From a virus (lineage: Duplodnaviria; Heunggongvirae; Uroviricota; Caudoviricetes), in the IMG/VR virus record IMGVR_UViG_3300031417_000415: a stretch of 35,027 nt of DNA; one strand, 5' to 3'. Under the pieces are notes generated by a model, which saw only the letters and a list, made by a program, of their open reading frames with translations, had not been told where the DNA came from and searched no databases. Of the stretch, positions 25,120 to 33,905 are shown piece after piece. The translations under genes were made by a program, and so were the position numbers. Within the stretch, counting starts at the first letter, position 1; every line of letters begins with the position of its first letter.

Positions 25120-26042
25120 CCGCCATGGACACGCCTACCGCCCTTGGGTCCATCGTGCGGATGCACATGGGCGCGAACTTCAAGGAAGGCATGCTCGTCA
25201 TGCGGCAGGACCAGGACCGGTCGCTGCCGGCCCGCCTGACCATCGCGGTCGGTGCAGGAAGCGACGACGCCCACTCGGTCTCGTTCTGCTCCTCGGCGTA
25301 CGAGCTGGAGACGATCTCGCTGCCTGCGTCCGGCTCCGTGCTGATCATGTACGGCATGGGCTCCCTGATGGAGCGCGTGCGCCATCTCGCTCCAGGGCGC
25401 CTCGCCGCGCTGGAATGGCTCGAGGAGCATCGGCCGGACTGGCGCGAGCACGGCGACATCGCGATCGTGGCGACCGATCCGGACGAACCGACGTGGATCA
25501 GTCCCGTGCCGCTGCGTCTGGTGCCCGATCGCAATTCCGAGGGCTTCCGCGACATGCCCGAGGGCACTACCGGGATTCCGGTAGGCGACGCGCATCCCGG
25601 CGCCTTCGGCTTCCGCAGGCGCAACCACGTCCACGAGGGCGTCGACCTGTACGTGCCGGAGGGCACGCCGGTCAGCGCGGTCGAAGCCGGCGAGGTCGTC
25701 TCGGTCATTCCCTTCACCGGAATCATCGCCGATCCGCCGTCGCCGTTCTGGCGGGACACCTGGGCGGTACTCGTCGAGGGCGCAAGCGGAACCGTCGTCT
25801 ACGGCGAGGTGGACCGCGTTCCCGTGAAGACGGGCGACGAGATCGCCGCCGGCACCGTGCTCGGCTACGTCAGGGAGGTCCTCGTGAAGGACAAGGTCCC
25901 GCCGCGTCCCAAGAGCATGCTGCACCTCGAGCTCCACCGAGGCCGGGTGAACGACGCCTGGGAATGGCCCGTCGACGGGCCGAGGCCGCCCAGCCTGCTC
26001 GATCCGACCGAGCTGCTGCTCTCGGCATGTCTTAGCGACTGA
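25116..26042 (+). CDS. M23-family peptidase-like protein with an unknown N-terminal domain
   Basis: HEGVDLYVPEGTPVSAVEAGEV (HxxxD), GDEIAAGTVLG, SMLHLEL (HxH motif with the first His replaced by Met); no signal peptide; ATGA overlap. Confidence 0.75.
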   Translation: MTAMDTPTALGSIVRMHMGANFKEGMLVMRQDQDRSLPARLTIAVGAGSDDAHSVSFCSSAYELETISLPASGSVLIMYGMGSLMERVRHLAPGRLAALEWLEEHRPDWREHGDIAIVATDPDEPTWISPVPLRLVPDRNSEGFRDMPEGTTGIPVGDAHPGAFGFRRRNHVHEGVDLYVPEGTPVSAVEAGEVVSVIPFTGIIADPPSPFWRDTWAVLVEGASGTVVYGEVDRVPVKTGDEIAAGTVLGYVREVLVKDKVPPRPKSMLHLELHRGRVNDAWEWPVDGPRPPSLLDPTELLLSACLSD

Positions 26043-26165
26043 CGGCGATCGCAACGCCACGTTTACTCCTGCGGCTCTAGGGCCGCGGGACGCCGACGCA
26101 CGCGGCCTTTCCAAAGGGGAGAGATGACTGCGTCAGATAGGACGTAACATCTCTGAGATGGGAAA

Positions 26166-28613
26166 ATGAAGATGAAAAAGTTCCTCGTATCCTCGGCCAG
26201 CATCCTGGTTCTCGCCTCGCTCTCCGCTTGCGGCGGCGGCGGTGGCGGCGGCATCAACTCGCCCGGCACGTCGGCTCCGCCGACGACGGGCGGCGGCGGT
26301 GCCGCGCCGACCCCGACGCCCACCCCTGCTCCTGCTCCCGCGCCGACGCCTGCGCCGACGCCAGCTCCGACGCCGGCCCCCACGCCGGTCGCGGTCGCGC
26401 CGACGCCGACGCCCACTCCTGCACCGACCCCTGCACCGACGCCTGCACCGACGCCGGCACCGACGCCTGCACCGACTCCTGCACCCACGCCGGCGCCGAC
26501 GCCTGCGCCGACCCCGACCGAGCCGGTGTACTACGATCCGGTGACCCCGCCCGCGGGCTACGTGATCACGCCGTCGGAGAAGCAGCCGGTCCGGTCGGTG
26601 AACGACACGGCCGAGTTCCGCCGCAACTACGGCGCGAACGAGTTCATGGGCGCGCTCTACGCGCTCGACTCCAAGTACACCGGCCAGGGCGTCAAGGTGG
26701 CCGTGATCGACGACGGCGTGGTCAACGTCAACGGCGAGCTCGACGACCGCATCGACATGAACCTGTCCAAGGACTTCGGCTACGTGATCGCGGCCGACGG
26801 CACGCGCACCAAGCGCAACGAGCTGGGCAGCGCGACCTCCGACCACGGCACGGCCGTCGCCAACATCATCGGCGCGGCGGCGAACGGCAAGGGCACGGTC
26901 GGCTATGCGCCGAACGCGACGCTCGTCGTCCTGCGCGTCGCCGACTGGGACGAGAAGACCCAGTCGGAGATGCTGTTCCACACCGACGAGGCGATCCGCT
27001 ACGCGGCGGACAACGGCATCAAGCTGGTCAGCAGCTCGCTGGTCGGCGGCAGCCCCAGCTGGACGGCGTCGACCACGCGTCTCGGCGCGACGGGAGGCCT
27101 GCTGATCAACTCGGCCGGCAACTTCGGCTCGGCCGATCCGTACAACGCGCAGTGGATCACGGACGACAACCGCAAGGCGGTCCTGTTCGTGGTCGCGCTC
27201 TCGCCGGCGCTCAACTTCTACCAGATCGAGAGCTACTCGAACAAGGCGGGCAGCATGAAGGACCGCACCGTCGCGGCCGTCGGCTCGAACGTCACCACGC
27301 TGGTCGACGGCTCGGTGGGCGTGTTCTCGGGCACCAGCTCGGCGACGCCCAGCGTCGCGGCGCTCGCGGCCGACATCCTGTCCAAGTGGCCGCAGCTCAC
27401 CGGCCAGCAGGCCGGCGACGTGATCCTGCAGACCGCCAAGGATCTCGGCGCGCCCGGTCCCGACGAAATCTACGGCATGGGCCTCGTCGACTTCAAGGCG
27501 GCGCTCTCGCCGGTCAATCCCAAGCTGTCGAACGGCACCGCGCAGACCAGCGTCCAGACCTCGGTCATGGGCGTGCCCGCCGCGATGGGCGCAGGCTCGA
27601 TCCAGACCGCGCTGTCGAACGTCACGGTCCTCGACGAGTTCGGCCGCGACTACACCGGCTCGGTCGCCGGAATGGTCGTCAAGCCGCAGCTGGCGGCCGA
27701 CCGCCGCATCGAGCGTCGCGTACGCCAGATGAACAGCCACGCCGACCTCTCGTTCGGCGGCTTCTCGGGCAGCTTCGGCTACACCACGAACCGCTTCGGG
27801 CCAGGCGCCGATCAGGTGCGTACCGAGGCCATGGCGGGCAGCATGGCCTTCGTCAGCGGCCAGGACGGCTTCCGCGCCGCCTGGAACTCGTCGGACTCGC
27901 TCCAGTCGGACGTCATGGGCCTCGCGCCCTTCGCCGACGGCGTGCTCGCCTACGTGCCCCAGGCCGACACGAGCTTCGGCTACGACCGCTACGTGGCAGG
28001 CGGCAAGCTCGGCCTGACGATGTCGTCCGGCCGGAGCTACGGCAGCGCGGCCAGCGCGGTCACCGTCGGCTGGTCGACGTCGCACACCGACGTGCGCTTC
28101 TCGTACATCGACGAGAGCGGTTCGATCATGGGCATGCCCACCGGCCAGGGCGCCCTGCGGCTGGGTCGGGGCGCACGCACGATGATGATCGAGGCGCATC
28201 GCACGTTCGGGCTCGCCGACGGCTGGAACCTGGAGGGCTACGGCTCGCTCGGCATCACCCGCCTCAAGATCGACGCGGCGTCGCTGGTGACCGGCTCGAC
28301 CGGCATCCTCGGCTCGCGCATCGGCTTCCAGGCCACCGGCCTGATGCTCGGCGGCCTCGTGTCGTTCGGCGTCGCGCAGCCGCTCGCGATCGAGTCGGGC
28401 TCGGCTAAGCTGACCTACGGCGCGGGCTACGACCTGACCAGCCAGTCGCTGGTATACCGCACCACCAAGGCGAGCCTCGCAGGCGAACGTCGCCTGCAGC
28501 TGACCGCCGGCTACTCCACCGGCGGCGTACGCTCGTCGTTCCGCATCGGTATGATGCAGGACGTCGCGAACGGCTCGACCAGCGCGCTCGCAGGCTGGAA
28601 CGCCCGCTTCTGA
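26166..28613 (+). CDS. S8 subtilisin-like lipoprotein serine protease, autotransporter-like
   Basis: Lipobox LSAC (Cys22) plus poly-Gly, Pro-Thr linker, catalytic D (VAVIDDG), H (DHGTAVA), oxyanion N (SAGN), S (SGTSSATP); beta-rich C-terminus ending in Phe. Confidence 0.9.
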   Translation: MKMKKFLVSSASILVLASLSACGGGGGGGINSPGTSAPPTTGGGGAAPTPTPTPAPAPAPTPAPTPAPTPAPTPVAVAPTPTPTPAPTPAPTPAPTPAPTPAPTPAPTPAPTPAPTPTEPVYYDPVTPPAGYVITPSEKQPVRSVNDTAEFRRNYGANEFMGALYALDSKYTGQGVKVAVIDDGVVNVNGELDDRIDMNLSKDFGYVIAADGTRTKRNELGSATSDHGTAVANIIGAAANGKGTVGYAPNATLVVLRVADWDEKTQSEMLFHTDEAIRYAADNGIKLVSSSLVGGSPSWTASTTRLGATGGLLINSAGNFGSADPYNAQWITDDNRKAVLFVVALSPALNFYQIESYSNKAGSMKDRTVAAVGSNVTTLVDGSVGVFSGTSSATPSVAALAADILSKWPQLTGQQAGDVILQTAKDLGAPGPDEIYGMGLVDFKAALSPVNPKLSNGTAQTSVQTSVMGVPAAMGAGSIQTALSNVTVLDEFGRDYTGSVAGMVVKPQLAADRRIERRVRQMNSHADLSFGGFSGSFGYTTNRFGPGADQVRTEAMAGSMAFVSGQDGFRAAWNSSDSLQSDVMGLAPFADGVLAYVPQADTSFGYDRYVAGGKLGLTMSSGRSYGSAASAVTVGWSTSHTDVRFSYIDESGSIMGMPTGQGALRLGRGARTMMIEAHRTFGLADGWNLEGYGSLGITRLKIDAASLVTGSTGILGSRIGFQATGLMLGGLVSFGVAQPLAIESGSAKLTYGAGYDLTSQSLVYRTTKASLAGERRLQLTAGYSTGGVRSSFRIGMMQDVANGSTSALAGWNARF
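26304..26525 (+). repeat. coding low-complexity tandem repeat (APTP units, about 12 bp)
   Basis: Repeated GCACCGACGCCT-like units encoding a (PT/PA)n linker. Confidence 0.9.
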
Positions 28614-28620
28614 CGACCAC

Positions 28621-28654
28621 TGCCCCCGGACCACGGTCCGGGGGCATATTTTTT
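28621..28654 (+). terminator. Rho-independent terminator after the S8 gene
   Basis: TGCCCCCGGAC-CACG-GTCCGGGGGCA (11-bp stem) followed by TATTTTTT. Confidence 0.9.
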
Positions 28655-28739
28655 ATGGCGGATGCCGGAAAAACCGACGACGCGGCGGATCCCCGAACGA
28701 GGGGCAGAAGACGATCGGAACGAACGAGGGGAAAAGACG

Positions 28740-29246
28740 ATGCAGCAGGAGAAGATGCCTCCGGGCGGGCGCAAGCGCGAGCCGAGGCGGAAGACGGCGC
28801 TGCCTGCCAGGCTGCGTACAGACGGGACATGGGGAGACGCGACGGTGCTAAACATGTCGTCACGGGGGCTGATGATACGGACGCAGCAGGCCATCCGGCC
28901 CGGCACCTACCTCGAGATACGCCGCGGCACCGATCTCGCCATCGTCGGAAGGGTCGTGTGGTGCAGCGGACCATATGCCGGCATCAGGTCTCAGGACGCC
29001 ATCGACGTCGAGGCCGCCGCACGCAGCACGGCACGTGCGTCGTCTGCCGTCGGCGGAAGCGATCGCCGCTCGTCCGCGCGCCGGCCGGCAAGCGCCGCCG
29101 AGAAGGCGGAGCGCAGCCGGATGCTCGGCTCGCTGATCCAGTACGTCGCCATGGCGGCGGCCGTCGCCCTCGGAGGCGTGATCGCGGCCTCGGTGGCGGG
29201 AGACGTGCTGCACTCCGCCTTCAGGCCAGTCGCCGCAGCCCTGTAG
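28740..29246 (+). CDS. PilZ-domain protein with a C-terminal TM helix
   Basis: REPRR (RxxxR) and NMSSRG (N/DxSxxG) c-di-GMP motifs, GRVVW, hydrophobic C-terminal helix; start uncertain (28662/28740/28755). Confidence 0.8.
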   Translation: MQQEKMPPGGRKREPRRKTALPARLRTDGTWGDATVLNMSSRGLMIRTQQAIRPGTYLEIRRGTDLAIVGRVVWCSGPYAGIRSQDAIDVEAAARSTARASSAVGGSDRRSSARRPASAAEKAERSRMLGSLIQYVAMAAAVALGGVIAASVAGDVLHSAFRPVAAAL

Positions 29247-29274
29247 CATACGACGTCCGAACGGAGAGACATCA

Positions 29275-29523
29275 ATGACCATACCCGACATCGTCGGCAA
29301 CGTCGGCGTGCTGTGCATCCTCGGCAGCTATCTTGCGGCGCAGACCGACCGCATGAATCCCCGCGGAGACGCGTTCCTGGTAGTCAACGGCGCAGGCTCC
29401 GCGCTCGTGCTGTACTCGCTGCTGTACTCCTACAACCAGTCCGCCTTCGTGATCCAGTGCTCCTGGATCGCCATCAGCGTCGTCGGACTGATCCGAAACA
29501 GGATACGACGCAAAGAAAGTTGA
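29275..29523 (+). CDS. CBU_0592-like small three-TM membrane protein
   Basis: DIVGNVG..ILGSY..Q, VNGAGSALVLYSL, FVIQCSWIAISVVGL pattern; SD GGAGA. Confidence 0.7.
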   Translation: MTIPDIVGNVGVLCILGSYLAAQTDRMNPRGDAFLVVNGAGSALVLYSLLYSYNQSAFVIQCSWIAISVVGLIRNRIRRKES

Positions 29524-29573
29524 GACATTCCATCCTGAAAGTGTGGCATCATACGTACAGGAGAGGAAAAGTC

Positions 29574-29756
29574 ATGAGCATCGCGACCCCGATCGACTAC
29601 GCAGACACCCGCCTCCGGGCCAACGCACTGTGCTGCAGCCTGGCCTTCGGCGATGGAGATCCCGCCCCAGTCATGCGTCAGGCCGGAAGCGCGCTGGCGG
29701 ACCTGCAGCGCCATCGCCGCCACCTGCACGCCAAGCGCAGCTGGCAGAACTCCTAA
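29574..29756 (+). CDS. small hypothetical protein (60 aa)
   Basis: Strong SD GGAGAGG; ATG at 29574. Confidence 0.5.
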   Translation: MSIATPIDYADTRLRANALCCSLAFGDGDPAPVMRQAGSALADLQRHRRHLHAKRSWQNS

Positions 29757-29764
29757 AATCCCAT

Positions 29765-29798
29765 GGCCTGCCCGCAGACCCTGTGATACGGGCAGGCC
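29765..29798. other. 10-bp inverted repeat (hairpin)
   Basis: GGCCTGCCCG-N14-CGGGCAGGCC; no U-tract. Confidence 0.6.
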
Positions 29799-29813
29799 GC
29801 AAGGGGTAGAGAA

Positions 29814-29915
29814 ATGTCCACGACGCAGACCACGACCGCGAAACGCGCCGCCGCCATGCGGCCGGCGTCCGTCGCCGTGCGCGCGCCAGAGGCCCGCACC
29901 ACGTCCTCCGCCTAG
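29814..29915 (+). CDS. possible 33-aa micro-ORF (MSTTQTTTAKRAAAMRPASVAVRAPEARTTSSA)
   Basis: Purine-rich SD-like AGGGGTAGAGA upstream; sits in an otherwise empty gap. Confidence 0.25.
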   Translation: MSTTQTTTAKRAAAMRPASVAVRAPEARTTSSA

Positions 29916-30004
29916 CCTGACGGCTCGGGACGGAGGCATCGGCCCCGTCCCGCTTCCCTCGATGGGATCGGACGCGGCTCCGAGATCATCCAGGGAACGG
30001 AAAA

Positions 30005-32638
30005 ATGAAGAAGATCGTGATCGTCCGGGGCCAGCCCGGATCAGGGAAGAGCCACCTCCTCGACGAGGTCGGTCTCGGCGGCTACTCGCTGTCGCTCGAC
30101 GCGATGCGCCAGGCCTTCTCCAGCTTCACCATGGCGCCATCGGGCGAGATGATCATGTCGCACGAGAACTCGTTGTACGTGATGGAGGTCGTCATGAAGT
30201 CCATGAACGCCCGCGTGCACACCGGCGAGACCATCGCCTACGACGCGACCAGCCCGAAGCCGGTCGACGCGATGCGCATGGCCCAGCACGCGGGGAAGAG
30301 CGGCTACGAGGCGATGTACGTCGACTTCTTCGGCGTCCCGCTGGAGGTCGCGCGGGAGCGGCTGCTGTCGCGCCCGGTCCACCGGAAGGTGCCCGACAAG
30401 GCCCTGGAGCGCATCCACGCGGCGGCCGAGCGGCTGCCGGACGGCGAGAACGTCGTCTACGTCCGCGACGAGGAGAGCTACGCCAAGGCGGTCGAGGACG
30501 TGCGCGCGTTCCTCGCCCGCGAGATCCAGGTGCGGGACCTGTCGTCATACGACCGCATCGTCCACATCGGCGATCTTCAGGGCACGGCAGGCCCGCTGAT
30601 GGACCCGCTCGCGCCGACCGCGAACGGCATCGACGTGCCGGGCACGTTCTTCGTCTTTCACGGCGACATACTCGACCGCGGCGAGGAGAACGCCGAGGTC
30701 ATCCGCTGGTGGCAGCGCAACGTCATGGGGCGCTCCAACTACGTCCACATCGCGGGCAACCACGAGGACCACATCGAGATCCAGGGCTCCGGCGGGACGT
30801 CGGGGTCGCGCGAGTTCGTCAACCGCACGCTGCCGGCGCTTCGTGCCGACGGCATCACCGACGCGGAGCTGAAGGCGATCGGCGCCGGCACCGTGCCCGT
30901 GCTCCAGTACTTCTGGCGCGGCAAGGCCGTGCTGTGCAGCCATGCGGGCTACACGCGCTGGCCGCAGCGCATCGATCTCCTGTCGCAGTCGCAGGTCCGC
31001 AAGGGCAACGCGCACCACCAGACGCCCATCCACGAGATGTGGAACGCATGGTCGGCCGAGGCCGAGAAGCGCGGCGTCGACGGCGACGACCTCGACGCAT
31101 GCTGGAGCGGCACGGAACTGCCCGTGACCGAGCTGTGGCAGGCGTTCGGCCACCGCAACACGGCGATGTCTCCGATCGTCTCCGGCCGCTGCCTGGTCCT
31201 GGAGGGCCAGGTGGAGTTCGGCGGTCACATGCGCTTCGCCGTCCTCTCCGGGAACGGGTGGGAGCCCATCGCCATACGCCCGCGCCGGTTCCGGCCGTCG
31301 CACCGCGACCAGCAGATCAACATCGCCGAAGGACGCCAGATGTTCGAGAAGAAGATTCCCATCGCACCGTGGATCGCGCGAGGCGAGGACGGCGAGACGC
31401 CGGTACCCGCCGAGGTGATGGACGCGTTCGCGTCGCATCCGCTCGTCTACTCGCGCCGGTCGGAGGTGCTGCGCCACGTCAGCGCGATCAACTTCACCAA
31501 GCAGGCGTTCTTCGACCACCAGTGGGACACCGTCAACATGAAGGCCCGCGGGTTCTTCGTGTCCGACGACAACGTCGTGGTCGCGCGCTCGTACGAGAAG
31601 TTCCAGGCTCACAAGGAGCTCGCCGAGACCCTCGAGGAATGCGACGAGATCGTCCAGCGCGAGATCCGCTACGACGCGGTCGCCTACTCGAAGCCGAACG
31701 GCTTCCTCGGAATCTCGGGCTACGACTCGGTCACCGACAGCATCGTGCTGGCGTCGAAGTCGCGTCTCGACGGCGACTTCGCAGGCTACTTCCGCACGAT
31801 CGCGCAGGACGTGCTGGGCGACGTGGGCATGGAGAAGCTGTTCCGCCTGAACCGCGACCAGATCGCCTCGTGCGTGTTCGAGGTCGTCGACCCCGTCAAC
31901 GACCCGCACATCATCAAGGAGGACCGCCCGCGGCTGATCCTGCTCGACGTCGTACGCCGCCACCACGAGTTCGAGCGGATGTCGTACGAGGATCTGGTTC
32001 AGATCGGCGCGTGGCTCGGCTGCGAGGTCAAGCAGATCGTCTTCAAGGCGCCCAACTGGATCGCGCTGAAGAAGCAGATCCGGCAGATCACCACCAGCTA
32101 CGACTGGACGCCCGGCCGTGGCCATCCGCACAGCGAGGGCGTGGTCGTCGAGAGCGCGCGGGGCGAGGGCGAGCAGTTCATGTTCAAGCTCAAGGGCGCC
32201 TTCTACCGCCACTGGAAGTGGATGAGGACCGCCAAGGACCTCATCGTGGCCTTCCGCGCGAAGGGCGGATCGCTCGACATGTCCCGCTACGAGCACGACG
32301 AGCGCGCGATGGGGTTCCTGACCTGGGCGCTCCGCCAGCCGACCGACGTGCTCTCGCGCGACATCGTCTTCCTGCGCGACGTCTACGAGGCAGACCCTGA
32401 CGGCGTGCTGATCCTGGAGCAGGCGCCGCCCGCTCCGCCGGGACCGGTCGTGCCCGACCAGACCATGTTCCTCAAGGGCGTCGACGCGCTCGCTAGGCAG
32501 GTCGAGGCGGGCACCGCCAAGATCGCAAGCGTGCGCCGGATCATCGACAAAGCGTCTGAGGACGAGCATCGTCTGGCGGCGTTCGACGCGCATCCGGCAT
32601 CGGCGACACTGCGCGGCTTCGCGCTGGCCGACGCCTAA
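30005..32638 (+). CDS. RNA repair fusion: polynucleotide kinase + calcineurin-like phosphoesterase + Rnl1-type RNA ligase
   Basis: Kinase GQPGSGKS, LDAMR, YDAT; phosphoesterase IGDLQG, GDILDRG, GNHE, SHAG, FGHR; ligase KARGFF, ARSYEKF, motif I KPNG, FE, LLDVV, EGVVV, FKLK. Confidence 0.88.
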   Translation: MKKIVIVRGQPGSGKSHLLDEVGLGGYSLSLDAMRQAFSSFTMAPSGEMIMSHENSLYVMEVVMKSMNARVHTGETIAYDATSPKPVDAMRMAQHAGKSGYEAMYVDFFGVPLEVARERLLSRPVHRKVPDKALERIHAAAERLPDGENVVYVRDEESYAKAVEDVRAFLAREIQVRDLSSYDRIVHIGDLQGTAGPLMDPLAPTANGIDVPGTFFVFHGDILDRGEENAEVIRWWQRNVMGRSNYVHIAGNHEDHIEIQGSGGTSGSREFVNRTLPALRADGITDAELKAIGAGTVPVLQYFWRGKAVLCSHAGYTRWPQRIDLLSQSQVRKGNAHHQTPIHEMWNAWSAEAEKRGVDGDDLDACWSGTELPVTELWQAFGHRNTAMSPIVSGRCLVLEGQVEFGGHMRFAVLSGNGWEPIAIRPRRFRPSHRDQQINIAEGRQMFEKKIPIAPWIARGEDGETPVPAEVMDAFASHPLVYSRRSEVLRHVSAINFTKQAFFDHQWDTVNMKARGFFVSDDNVVVARSYEKFQAHKELAETLEECDEIVQREIRYDAVAYSKPNGFLGISGYDSVTDSIVLASKSRLDGDFAGYFRTIAQDVLGDVGMEKLFRLNRDQIASCVFEVVDPVNDPHIIKEDRPRLILLDVVRRHHEFERMSYEDLVQIGAWLGCEVKQIVFKAPNWIALKKQIRQITTSYDWTPGRGHPHSEGVVVESARGEGEQFMFKLKGAFYRHWKWMRTAKDLIVAFRAKGGSLDMSRYEHDERAMGFLTWALRQPTDVLSRDIVFLRDVYEADPDGVLILEQAPPAPPGPVVPDQTMFLKGVDALARQVEAGTAKIASVRRIIDKASEDEHRLAAFDAHPASATLRGFALADA

Positions 32639-32676
32639 GGATCGGCTCTCCTCGATCATCGCATGGGATATGACAT

Positions 32677-33093
32677 ATGGACATGCATGGGATCCCCGAG
32701 AGCCAGGACTTCGCCGGAGAGCAGGCCGTCATGGTCCTGCCCTCCGGCACGGTCCTCCACCACGGCACCAGCGACGACTGGGATCCAACGGCGACCCATC
32801 TGCGCGGACCCGCATGGTTCGGCGACGCCGACATGGCCGAGCGCTACAACGTCGTCATGGGTCACGAGGCTCCGGTCGTGCTCGGCTACGAGACGGTCAG
32901 GCCGCTGCGGCTGCTGGACGTATCCGCCGGAACACGGGCAAGCGCCGAACTCGTGGCGATGTGGGACGAGGAGACGCTTCCCTGCGACATGGCACATGCA
33001 TGCGCGGAGGCCGGCTACGAAGGCTGGTTCGAGCATGACGGCGAGGTCATGATATGCGACACACGCGACGTGAGGCTGATACGACCCTCGTAG
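32677..33093 (+). CDS. putative ADP-ribosyltransferase-fold protein (138 aa)
   Basis: LHHGT strand, WF..A..Y, Y...RPLRLLD, GYEGW, GEVMIC resemble small H-type ART-like domains; weak motif-only call. Confidence 0.4.
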   Translation: MDMHGIPESQDFAGEQAVMVLPSGTVLHHGTSDDWDPTATHLRGPAWFGDADMAERYNVVMGHEAPVVLGYETVRPLRLLDVSAGTRASAELVAMWDEETLPCDMAHACAEAGYEGWFEHDGEVMICDTRDVRLIRPS

Positions 33094-33103
33094 CGGGCCT
33101 GCA

Positions 33104-33239
33104 GGACATGCATCTCAGACCTGTTCCGGACATTGCTGGACAAGAGCCGGCCACCCCCTTCGAAGACCGTACGAGGGGATTCGACGAATCCACGCCCCGA
33201 TCCGGACATCCTACGGACATTGCTGGCCACTGCTGGCCA
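33104..33239. repeat. intergenic cluster of short direct and inverted repeats
   Basis: CGGACATTGCTGG at 33127 and 33214; GGACAT at 33104/33128/33204/33215; TGCTGGCCA at 33221 and 33231; GATTC-GAC-GAATC hairpin. Confidence 0.6.
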
Positions 33240-33251
33240 AGGAGACACCCC

Positions 33252-33647
33252 ATGCTTATCCTAGCCGCCGCGCTGGCAGGCGCCGCCGTACCCGCCGACG
33301 TGACCTATGACCGACTGGGGCAATGCCTCGACTCCAAGGACAGCTCGTCGACCGGCGGGGAGACGCTCTGCTACGAGACCGCGCGTCGCGCCTATCAGGC
33401 GCGCGTCATCCTTGCCCTATCCTCCGTGAGAAGGCATCTGGATCAGGAGGCGGCTGCGGCGCTCGATATCGAGCAGAAGGCCTGGATCTCCTATCGGGAC
33501 GCGAGGCGCGACGCCATGATGGCGATGCTCATCAGCCGCACGGGGTCGGTGTACGCTCCCATGCAGGAGGCCGACGACATGACCGTGGCACGCGACCGCG
33601 CCCTGCGGCTGGAGGCGCAGCTGCACATCCTGGAGATCGAATCATGA
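33252..33647 (+). CDS. LprI/DUF1311-like secreted protein
   Basis: Signal-like N-terminus; C-x14-C; L...QKAWISYRD...ARDRA..L helical pattern; SD AGGAG. Confidence 0.7.
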   Translation: MLILAAALAGAAVPADVTYDRLGQCLDSKDSSSTGGETLCYETARRAYQARVILALSSVRRHLDQEAAAALDIEQKAWISYRDARRDAMMAMLISRTGSVYAPMQEADDMTVARDRALRLEAQLHILEIES

Positions 33648-33904
33648 CCACCGCCGCTCCCGCGCCCGCCCCGTCGAAGTACCTGCGCCCGATCAGGAAG
33701 GGCGAGTACGACATCGCCAACGTCTCGATCATCGGGTACGACCCGACCGACGGCCGCGCCTACGAGGACTGCCACGCCGAATGGCAGCGCGAGTTCGACC
33801 GGGTGCGCGCCGCTCGGGAGACGACGCCCCGGTGGAACCTCGCCGCCAGGCTGCGGCTGCGGTTCCAAGTCGCGGCGCTGTCGACCCATCTCGGAATGAG
33901 CTGA
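33644..33904 (+). CDS. hypothetical protein (86 aa)
   Basis: ATGA overlap; lies between the two LprI-like genes. Confidence 0.55.
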   Translation: MTTAAPAPAPSKYLRPIRKGEYDIANVSIIGYDPTDGRAYEDCHAEWQREFDRVRAARETTPRWNLAARLRLRFQVAALSTHLGMS

Positions 33905-33905
33905 A

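Noticed and set aside
26042-26165. c-di-GMP-I (GEMM) riboswitch upstream of the S8 or TSP1 genes
   Set aside because: The conserved GNRA/receptor and GCAAA elements are not identifiable; kept only as a generic structured leader.
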